A stretch of DNA of 64,000 nt from Trichoplax sp. H2. Taxonomy: Eukaryota. Below the pieces are notes generated by a model. It saw only the letters and a program-made list of their open reading frames with translations, was not told the DNA's origin and did no database searches. The translations under genes were made by a program, and so were the position numbers. The stretch spans positions 62,001 to 126,000 of the forward strand of contig NOWV01000130.1 of the NCBI GenBank assembly GCA_003344405.1, read 5' to 3'. This document shows positions 26,001 through 37,400 of the stretch, piece by piece. Positions within the stretch are counted from its first letter, which is position 1. Each line of letters begins with the position of its first letter.

Positions 26001-27830
26001 TAATAGAACAAATTTATCTAAAATAGCAATTATGGCTAATAACTAGTTATCCCAATGGCTTATCGTATTCATGTAAAAACAAGAAATAAAAAACCTTCAT
26101 TTTACTCCTCTAGTTTACCCTAAACTTGTGTAGTTACTAGCCTAGAAACTCAATCTGCATTACTATTATATAGTTATTAACGACTTCTGCAGTGATAACC
26201 CATGCGGTAATCGAGGAATATGCCTTGATATTGGTGACCGTCATCAATGCGTCTGTAATCCTGGCTATAAAGGCAGTAATTGTCAAGGTATGATTAATTA
26301 TAAGATCTTTAAGATCATGTAATATCTACAGTAAATATTATAAATTTGATAATCTGCGATTTCATTTCAGTTCCTGTTTTTACTAAATCAATGCCGTACT
26401 ATTTTTAAAATTTATTAGACATAGTAACCTTGGCTCCAACAACAGCACCCACTCCTGCAGGTAAAACTTGAACTTTAATACGTTACATTTTACTGATACT
26501 TAACTTACGAATAATCATGGACAATTTGCTACAGCAACTGAAGCAGGCTGCGGTGGAACATATACTCAAAATACCGGCATAATCCGTAGTCCAAGATATC
26601 CCAAGGATTATACAGGAAATTTAGACTGCACCTACCAAATTATTGCTGGAACAAATCAAACGATTCAGCTAGAATGGATTGACTTTGAATTAGAAGCGGA
26701 GACACTTTCTATATGCTACGATAGTTTAACAGTATATGATGGTCAAAAGAACACAAACAATGAAGTATCACAGTACTGTGGAACAAATTTGCCTAGCAAT
26801 TATCATTCTCGTGGCCATGTTTTGACTTTAAATTTCCAAAGTGACTCATTTATATCTAATAAAGGATTTGAAGCTCATTACACTCTTGGTAAGCGTACAG
26901 AAATACTATAATACTGTAGGGAATAAAACGAACGGAATATATTTCTATTATGCTTTAAATAGAAGCACAGGAAGATCAATAGTAAATTGCGAGATCATTG
27001 ACAGTTAGAGAACACCTACTAATACAATTTTACTGCAACATGTTTGAATAGTGAATGAGTCACACTCGCCATGCTTTTCTAGTCCTTGCAAGAATGGTGG
27101 TTCTTGTCAAAATGAAGCTGATGGATATTCCTGCTCCTGCACTAATGGCTATATTGGAAGAAACTGTCAGAGTTGTAAGTGACTCCTATTTCTTTTCTTC
27201 AAAATTTTTTGACTAATCATCTTAACCTCTCTAATCTTAATGCAAGCGTTCTAATTAAAATATTATTTCACGTATAAATTTATTTTAGTGAGCGAACCGA
27301 CTAATACCATGGCAACAACAGGTATAATATTCATAAATGATCTCCATTAGTTATGAGGAAACATGCACAGTGATTTCAACTTTGCAATCACTAATTTATC
27401 TACTGTATACAATCTTTCTCTAGAGCTAACTCTATAAATTCTAATGATTTTGATTGCATCTGTTCATACAGATTTTGCTTGTGGTGGAAGTTTCATCAGT
27501 AATAATGGAACGATCATGAGTAGTAACTATCCGAATAAATACGATAGCAGCTCTGAATGCTATTATAGGATTCAATTGGATACTGGTAATAAAATACAGC
27601 TCGATTGGCTTGATTTCGATGTTGAAGGCAGTCAGTATCGATGTTACGATCGGGTAGAAGTTTTTGATGGAAGCATAGCTGGAATTCGATTATTAAATAG
27701 TACATGTGGTAATCAATTGCCTCCATCTCTGACATCAAGTGGTAGTACGATGACTCTGGCATTTTATAGTGATCTTTCTATTAATTATAAAGGATTTAAA
27801 GCTCGTTATAAATCTATACAAGCACCGTAA
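23050..27830 (+). CDS. Secreted EGF/CUB mosaic protein: signal peptide, 8xEGF, Thr/Pro linker, CUB, EGF, linker, CUB (about 650-670 aa)
   Basis: Signal exon starts at 23050 ([20 protein letters not shown]; donor at 23111 or 23128). Phase 1-1 EGF exons: 23717-23851, 24100-24219, 24541-24657, 24794-24910, 25187-25318, 25611-25730, 25862-25990, 26174-26287. Then linker 26419-26460, CUB1 26535-26888 (CGG...IRSPRYP...YCG...FQSD...KGFEAHY), EGF 27052-27174, linker 27289-27321, CUB2 27472-27830 ending in TAA. AATAAA near 27971. Confidence 0.88.
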
Positions 27831-30800
27831 AAACTAAATAATCACTAAAGTATGTAAATTCGATGAAAAATTTATGACTATTATTCTACTGTGGCTACAG
27901 TTCGAAACCACAAAGAAATCACTATAACCTATAATGCATCCTTATAAAATGTAATTGTCGTAAAAAGACAAATAAATAACGTTTACTGGAATGCAATATA
28001 TTTTACATACTTTAAAGCTTTGCTATGTTATTAAATCCATCATCGTATGCAATAATTTTTGCTATGGGCAAAAACCTTTCAACGAACTAAGATAGAAAGA
28101 GGTGATATTATAATTATTACTGTCAATACTGGTAAGTGGCAGTACAATTACTTTGCCTACGGTTCACTGAGACACAAGATTTTAGATAGAATGATTAACC
28201 ATCTGTTGCTATTACTTAATTAGCTGACAAAAATAAATTTGAGCGACCAATATGCTATATTGATGTTTTATTTGAAGTTATGATATTAGGGTACTGTAGA
28301 ATGCAATAAGAGAGACAGTACACACATACGTAATGCTAGATAAAAGTAGATGTAAAGTACCAGTACTAAACCGAAAATAGAAACATGCGATAGTGACATA
28401 TTCACGATTTTTTGTCACAATCTTAGATACAATATAAGAAAATAAAACTCATATGTTATCTAACTTTTCGTACACTACTTAAGAGGCTACTAGCTTGCAT
28501 ATGTCCTCTGTAATCATTCGATTGTATTTTCTTCATCTAGCAATAGAATCTTTGGTTCTTGCTTTTGCTTAGTAAAGCAAATTGCCTATCAATAGATAGC
28601 ACATCTAAGAAATTAGAAATATTGATTTTATCTCTCATTTGTATACTATAGCAAACTGCTTATTTTTAAAATATTATCTAAATAATGATAAATAAGGTTT
28701 ACGTACCTTCACTACAAATTAGTTGGCTTTTCAATAAAAATTGGGTCCATAACTTAGTTCGAGAGGTTTTTTGGTATTATGGCCTCCTAGCAATAGAAGA
28801 GTACGGCAGCGGGCTCGGAGTGTTTACTATCACGTTGTAAACGTCGATCTAGAAGAGCTTTGAACTTATCTTTCCAAAGATGCTAAAGATTTAACCTTAA
28901 AAATCTAGATGAAGGCATAATATCATATGTTTCGCTTCCTATAAAATAGTAAGTGCGTTCACTAATAGTAGAGAAAATTTCATCGTTTCCAAGCCCATAA
29001 TACATTCTACCCTATTCGCGTATCTATTATATTATTACTCTAATATTCCCATAGGATACTTCGCTCTTAATATCCATAAATTTAACTGTAACATGATATT
29101 TGATCAATAAATAATTGTATCACAAAGATACAATAACATTATTATCACATAGTAGAAACCTGTGGCAGAATCATGTTTTCCTTAGCTATCTTCCTTTAGT
29201 AAAAATAAAATAGCTATTTATCTGTAGATAATTTAATCTGTACATCATTTACCAAACGAGAACAGTATCAAATAAATAATAGTAACTCGCTCAAAATTTC
29301 AACTAAAATAGTGACTAATGGTAATTACGTAAAAGTTAGCCTTAACTTCTTCCTATAAACTAAAACCAATCAGTAAAATGGTTACTTGATACAATCGACC
29401 GCAAACGTAATATAAAATTATCATTGCTAAAGATTGATAGCTAGCGGTAGAATCTAACGTAGTACATTAACAATAAGGCTTATCGTTAATACAACCACAT
29501 TGTATTAATAAGTAAATTTTTGTGGAATAAAATTTGAAAATTCATTTGCTTACTATTGATATCAAACAAAATCGAAGAAAAGCGTCAATTGTACAGATCA
29601 AAGACTTCAAATAATGCTGATAAACATCCGGTGCCACTTTAGATGATCGGAACCCAATTATGATGTAATGCCAATCAATGATAATTTATCGATGGCATGA
29701 CGTCAAAAGCTGAAAATCTGTTCATTTTTTAATTAACAGATGCTAATTTTATTTTATATTCCAGACACAATACAGCATAGCTGATCCTAAAAGGTTTATT
29801 AATTCTTGTGATGACTAAACTTAGTGACGACAGAAAGATAAATTATTGATCATTGGAGTAGCAGGTCAAAGTAATTTACTGTAACATGTCAACAGGAACA
29901 ATATCTGCTCAGTAATAGGTCTTAAAATTTATACGGATTCATTTTGCATTTATTCTCACTACTATGGCATCTAACTAATCAACACAGGATCAGTTAGCAT
30001 AGTTTGCAAGCAAGTTGTAAGATTATTGCGTAATCAAATCAAATTAATATTCATGAAGATGAATAGAGCATATCCTGTACGATTCCTGACTTAAGTTTCA
30101 TTTTAGAATAACATGAATAAACGGTATCCATTATCATTTAATGCACCTGAGTATGTATGTTGCATAGACTGATCCTTTTTCAACTCTTCAGTAAATAGCA
30201 GAGATTATTTCACGTGATATAATTGCTTTATTACTACAATACACCGAAAGATTGCACTTTAAATTTACTTCTATTAATTAGTAGACAAACAGTTATTATC
30301 GATAATTTATATCGTTTATCAATTACTCTTGTCTATACAATACGTAATAGTATATCCGTTTTTAAGCAAATTTAATTTTCTGTAACTTTCACATCCCATC
30401 ATTTGAAACAGTGCTTTTAAGTATCGTTTAAAATCAGACACAATGTCAACAATGAAATAACAATCTTGTTTGCATTAACTATTATTCTATTGATAACCGA
30501 TTCCATTTTCAGACAACACCTGCTATGGTAAAAGATAATCCTAAAATGAATACTTCGCTATTGTCTCAAAAATATTCAAATTTCCTGATATTCGATTACG
30601 AGCTTGAATCTTGTTAATCCTACTGTAAATTACTCTTAATTGCGGTCATTTACTAATTATTACTATATTTATATTATTGTATTCTCTAGTAGAATTTAAT
30701 TTGTTCAACTTTGATTTATGCAATGCTATACACTTTTACTGTTTTTATAAAGGTATTTATTCGTATTTTAGTAACAGGTTTCTCTCTATCCTATTGATAA

Positions 30801-33800
30801 CTGAAGACATGAAAATAAATTTTGACTTCTTTTTTATCTATCTCTAGCTAGTATTAAGGCTAGCTGTGAACATTATACACCAATAATGATTGGATGCGTT
30901 TATGTATTCGTTATAATATCCTGTAGTAAAGTATTATGGTGATTCCATTCATTTACTTATTCTTGTGGTACTCTGTATTTATTGCATTTTCTAATAATCA
31001 TTAATTCCAATACTAGCACCTAATGCTATTTTGGAATCCACGCAAATAGGATACTTTACTTAATTAAACATAAGATCTTGGGGACATCGTTTATATTGAC
31101 ATTATATTAAACCTTGTATTAGAGTTTTAAATCTTCTTCGCTTATATCTGCAATCTCAAATCGAATACGGAGGATTTACTACTAATAATAGATACGATCT
31201 TTTACTTAATTTTATCTGAAGCAAACACATAATGAAAAGAATCAAATCTATGCATATATTCTAAGAGCTAATAGCCATATCTCAAAAGCATACGAACATC
31301 ACTGATTCATTTTTCAACAATTTAAATCTATGTAAGCCTTAGTTCAGGATTTACATAATTTAATAATCCATCATAGTTAGGTTAATTCTTTTTAGTCATG
31401 ACAATAAATCTATTTGAAATAAGATACACGTTCTGTATATCAAAATATATCTACTATTACTCAGTTGATTTACCGCCTATCTTTAATCTAGTATTATTTT
31501 TTTCGGCTAATAAGCATTCAGATAACAAAATTTTTAGGAAAGCTACTATTGGCGCTCTACAAATATCATCGACCATGAGGGCATCATTAATTTGTGTTAT
31601 TAACGGACTATTTTGCTAGGATAATAACTATAATGCACAGTGCTAGATATGGATATTTCAGCGATTAGTACAGATTTTTGCTATCACCAAGATGGCCATA
31701 AAGCATTTTCTCATTATCAATTCATATCAGGTATAGAATAAAACTAATTCTATTTCTACATATATTCTTCAGGTAGTCCAAAAAAAAAGCGGTAATCTTT
31801 ACAGAACTAATAAATATACTCTATTTCTACTAGAAATTTCGTCATAATGACTTATTAGTTAAAGTGAAACTGCTCCAAAACCAAATCAATCTAGACTTTA
31901 GTTGCTATCGGTAGTTTAGCGTATACAATTTGTTAACGTATACTAATAGTGGTCTAAATGTTCTAGAATAGAACTGTCATCTGCTATGTAAATAATTTTA
32001 CTGCAGATAACACTTCTTGCCACTATGACAGCAATATCGGATGTTGCTTCTTGTTATTGTACGTCTAGACATCCAAGCTCAAGTATTAGTCTTAAAAAAT
32101 CATTATCCTGATAAGTAAATATGCTTGGTTATTCAGATCAAATTTAGGCTTGGTAATACATTTTCAAAATCAAGAACGACTGCATATGTAATGGTAAAAA
32201 CATATTATTTATAAGTAAAAATTAATCAAATTGGCTGATCATAATAATATGCCATTCTACTAATACGTGGAAAATTATTACTGAAGTCTTGATATTCTCA
32301 TAGTAAAATATTTGTTAGTCAAGCAAACGTTTGCATGAAAATTTAAATTTTTATAAAGAAAACGATATCATATAAAATTAATAAGCAATGGCGACAATCA
32401 TTAGTAATGAAGCATTAGTGATAGAGAATAGGTAATCCTCTTTATTCATTAAGTAGTTTATATTGTAAACATTATGGTCTAATTATTCCTACTTTAAATT
32501 TTAATGATTAATTCTTAAGCTTTAAGTAATACTTCAATGTCGCAGTAAGAAAAAAACCACCTCATTCTTATGGAAATATTTGTAAATTAAATCGATATAC
32601 AATATTACTCCTTAGTTCTGTTATGTCTTACTACATTTGTACTACAGAGGAAATGAAGTATCCAAAATTAGTGGATAATCCAAATAGTCGCCAATAGTAA
32701 AGTAATATCCATTCAAATAATATATTGGAAAAACTAATGTGACAAGCATTAGATGTAACTAATAGAACAAATTGTTAGTAGAGGCAAATATTATAAAGAT
32801 TTTCATCATTCTTTCTTTCAATTGATTAAATAAAAATGTGTTTGAAAACGCTTTCAGATCTTTACGAAAATAAACCATTATTCCAGTCTTATGAAAGCTA
32901 ACATGAAAGTAGATCGATGCAGACTTTATCAATCGGCTCCATTAGAGGTAATACTCGTATAGCGGGAAAGATCAGAGATTAGTAACCAAATACTATATTT
33001 AGCAGTAGCAAAGTGCTAGTAATTTATGATAATTTAGACATAACCTGAACATTGAAACTAAATGATAGAGGACCACCATCCTCACTTGTTAAAAATAGAT
33101 TGTAATTACTAGCATTATTAATTCGCTTCAATACTTTAAACATGATTCTCGGTCTTTAAAACGTATTAAGCCCATGACTACAATTTAATTACTTTTATTA
33201 TCTTTTAGTTTTATGAAATTTACTTGAAGGCTGATAAAGTCTCTTAGCAATTTAATTAATCAGCGACAAAAATTATGCTTAATTTAAACTATTTAGCTGC
33301 CGCAAAGATTCCATGAAGTTAAATATGATCGAATATAAAAGCAAATACTCCATTGGGGATATCCCTAAGCATCAAAAGTCTAAAAGCTAGTTCTTTATAT
33401 TTTGATAAAATAGCTTACACTACTTAGTATCAAATAGATATATAATTTAACACTAGAATTTTTTATGAGCATTATTGTAAGTGATATCATTATATTGAAA
33501 GACGTAAAATATCAGCATGGCCAATTAATTTATTGAACTGTCAATCTATCGTACAATTATGTCGTTGTTCTGATATTTAGATTTAATTTGACTACCAATA
33601 TGTGTATATTTGTAGCTGTAAGGCTTATTCAAAAAGCGGAAATCACTTAATTTGGCCTTCTATTAAACAATGGTCGTCATTTTCATTTTTTTAACAACAT
33701 GTACATAAACTAGATCTTTGCGACGGAGCTCGCTCCGAAATGAATAATATTTTGATCTAACATGTGTAATAATGTTATTATCTAACGATTTCGGAGGTGG

Positions 33801-33968
33801 AAAACGGCGGTATTTATAGTTTAAAAATAGCGCACATGCAGAGAATAGGATTGTAGAATTAGATACAACATCTACCGTAACAGGTTACAACATATCTGAT
33901 GATTGTAGCAAACAGCGAGTACTGTAATAACTAAATACAGTAGCCTATATATGAATTTGAAGTAAGCG

Positions 33969-34497
33969 GACTGTAGATATGTCTAAATATAAGAGCAATA
34001 CAACATGCCTATATTTAAGAGAAGAATATAGTTACAGTATATTCTAAATACACTACACTAATCATACATGCTGTAATAAAGTGTCTATCGAAACGCAACG
34101 ACTTCCACAACTTGAAGGAAAATCACTTTATTACAATAATTACGTCTTCTACCAAGGACTAGATTATCTAGGCTACTCTGTCTTCGGAGATAAAATCTCC
34201 TGCTTATATACAATTGTGTACAGAGTATCTTCGTGACATATAAATCATTATCTACCTTAATAAGGCTAACATCACACCTCTAGCGTACCTGGAGGTGCCA
34301 AGCAGTATGACTAATAACTTTTACAATCCGTATTGCAATTACTAATACAAATCCTCACATATTTAATCTCACTCTACGATCTAGCACCTATACAGACTGT
34401 AGATATGTCTTAATATAAGAGCAATACAACATGCCTATATTTAAGAGTAGAATATAGTTACAGTATATTCTAAATACACTACACTAATCATACATGC
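33969..34497. repeat. 103-bp direct repeat pair (33969-34071 and 34395-34497) around a 323-bp spacer
   Basis: GACTGTAGATATGTCT...CTAATCATACATGC occurs twice with 2 mismatches by eye. Confidence 0.9.
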
Positions 34498-37400
34498 ATT
34501 ACAGATAATTCTTTAGTCTTGAAATTCCAAACGTATGTGCTATTATCTAGAACTTAATAACTTGAAATGAAAAGAATAACTCGCCGGTAGATAAATCAAT
34601 CTTAATTATGTCTATTTATTTTTATGCTGTCTTCGAGTATTCCTTGGTAATCTCATAATTTATTAGTAGAATGATTATTAAAATCTATACTATTTTCGAT
34701 ATCATTATGCTTAGCATATATTCACGTTTGTTTTATTATTTATTGAATCTTGCAAACAACATCATTAACTTTTACGATTAACGTAGGCAATAAATTAGAT
34801 TTATTAGCTCTATCGATTGAAATCTCCTTAATTAAATCTACTGTTGATGACGTTATGCATTGAATGGAAAATGTCTAGCTAATCATTGGTATAGAATATT
34901 CGAATGAGTATTTATGTTCTATATTTAAATACGTCTCTTCAATATGCTGATATTTGCTGTTAATAATAGTGGGCGAAAATGCCAATTAATTCTATCACTA
35001 GCAACTTTCAAGATTAAAAATCTCTTCAATAACTCTACTAGCAATCTTACTGTATCCTAGGTATATTTCGATATTATGTAAAGTTTTCCTGGTGGCCGTC
35101 CTTCTAAATGATTTTTCTCTATCCTTAGTACTGCTAAAGATCACTACAACTACGTAAACGAAATGATTAGCTCAATTAAGACCAATTCTGTACGATCAAG
35201 CGTATTTGTTAAATTTATCCTAATGTATTTGACAAAGTGGTTTATTATCATCTTTACGTCAATTTTATTCCAGCTAACTTCTAACTTCTCATTCTTATAA
35301 TAATAAATGATAATATTTTAGAAATAAATATAGTACTGCTCAAGCATAAACAATATCGATTATTGTAGATTAATATTTCTTTATGATCGCCTCGATAACA
35401 AGCAAAATTGATAAATGGCAAAAATTAGTTTCCACCTAATCATCATCGTAGTCCTCTCGAAAAGTTCGAACAATACTTAAAGTTTACCAGGAGACTATCG
35501 ATTTTCCTCGTCCGATGGATATCATTTAGGCTAAATTCAGCATTCCCTTCCCTGCTGTATGCTTATATCGTGAGCAATGCAGGTGTAAGACAGTGTAATA
35601 TTGCATTCTAAGTTGATGATATATTTAGCAATGTCTACCGTAGGTGTTGTGTTCAACATGTGATAGATATTCTCGTTATAGGCTTAAGTATTAAATATAG
35701 CTAGCTTAGTAACTGTAATCCTTTTGAAGAGGAGCGCTACAGTGCTCACACTAGAGCTTCACACGAAAAGTGTGAACTATCCTGTATTTGAGATACTAAT
35801 ACTGAAGTGTGTAGTAAGCAAGGCGCTAAGACTGTAAACACGGAAAAGTATATAAGCGAGTAGTTTAGTATAGTAAGATAGTTCTTTCTCGTTAGAGGTC
35901 CTCAGCTAATCGATTACGTTGTATCTTCGTAAACGAGGTTTTGTTCAATAAATCTTAATTTTCTAAAGTTTTGAAGATTCTTGATCTATCAACCTCACAG
36001 CAGGATAGCAGTATTAATTATTGCATTGTGGCATAAAATTATCAACATCTAAAAATTATACTCTATCTAAATTATCAGTATATCATTATCACTCACTCAT
36101 CCAGTGTTAGCATAATTCTCCTCAAATCGTGATATTAACATTCGATTAGGAAATGTTTCTCTCATTCATCGGTAGCTATGTAAACATTCCAAGAACATCG
36201 AATAAGATCATTAAATAAGCATAAATTTTAGATCTCGTAGGCGTCATTTAATCTTGATTGATCAATAATTCCAACCAAATTGCTGAACTTTACACATTCC
36301 ATAAAAATTTACTTAGATTATATAAGCGTAATAAATTGTTTCAACACAAATAAGCAATTGCTAAAATAACAAAAGAAAGAAAGATTCGATTTTCAATGAT
36401 ATATATTAGACCTTAAACTCATGTACAGTGCATCCTACAACAATTATTAATGACATAATAACCAATACAAAATCTGCAGCAATAGAAAAGTAAGATTTAT
36501 ATATTTATTTAAAAATTATCGTCAAATGAAAAGTATCAATTCAAATTAATAAACATCTTGTGTCAAAGGCCAAGTTTACATACAATAAAAATACCAGGTG
36601 TGCAAATCCAACAATGCAAACATCCATTTCCGTCGTTATCACAAGAAGAGAAATGTTGTTTATTATTCCAGTAATTATTGTTAGCTTTAGTGTTTAGTGT
36701 TTTTATAGATATTTTTTTTCCTATTCTGAAATTAAAAAGTAATTATAACGAAGCACAATCACATTTACTATGAAAGAGAGTAAAAATTTCAATCTTTTGC
36801 TTCCTGTAGTTTTATCAATACCAATGTTTGAACATTCTAAATATACTGTATTATATTGATTAATTCTATAATCGATAGCTAGGCATAGCCACAATGGCAG
36901 AGAAAAAATCATATAAAAAAGACTATCCCAAGCTAAAAATGTGTTCTTTTTCCGTGATAGCATGTCTTTCCTTATGAACACGGAAGGAAACCTTAAAATT
37001 ATCACGAACACAATTCGGCTCAATCAGGTGCTTTAAAATATAAATATTATCAGAATCATTTATCAACAATTAACACCATTCATCAGTTTCAATTAAACGA
37101 TCCAAATCATTTGTGATCAAAAAAGACTAAGATAGAATTCTCAATTTATGCTACTTTGTTAGACCGTTAATAACTAGTACGTGAGATTGCTCTATAATGT
37201 CTAGAGAGAAGACGAAAGCCAATCTGATTTCTTTTAGTAATCTTAAACTAGAGTTCTCTTCAATTTTGGACTCGCATTGTGTTTCTGCTTTTCCAGATAA
37301 TGTAATACAGACATTCCATATTCAATATTAAAATTATAACTGGATCGGCCTTAAATTTACTGATTTAAACGTCATTGAAGGGCAATTTAAATATCAAAAT

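Noticed and set aside
14451..27830. Protease and EGF/CUB gene as one C1r/MASP-like gene or functional module
   Set aside because: Each has its own signal peptide and stop codon, and the order is reversed relative to CUB-EGF-protease proteins. Adjacency alone is not evidence of a shared function in a eukaryote.
33969..34497. Bona fide LTR retrotransposon
   Set aside because: No primer-binding site, polypurine tract, target-site duplication or coding capacity; identity extends past the TG...CA ends.
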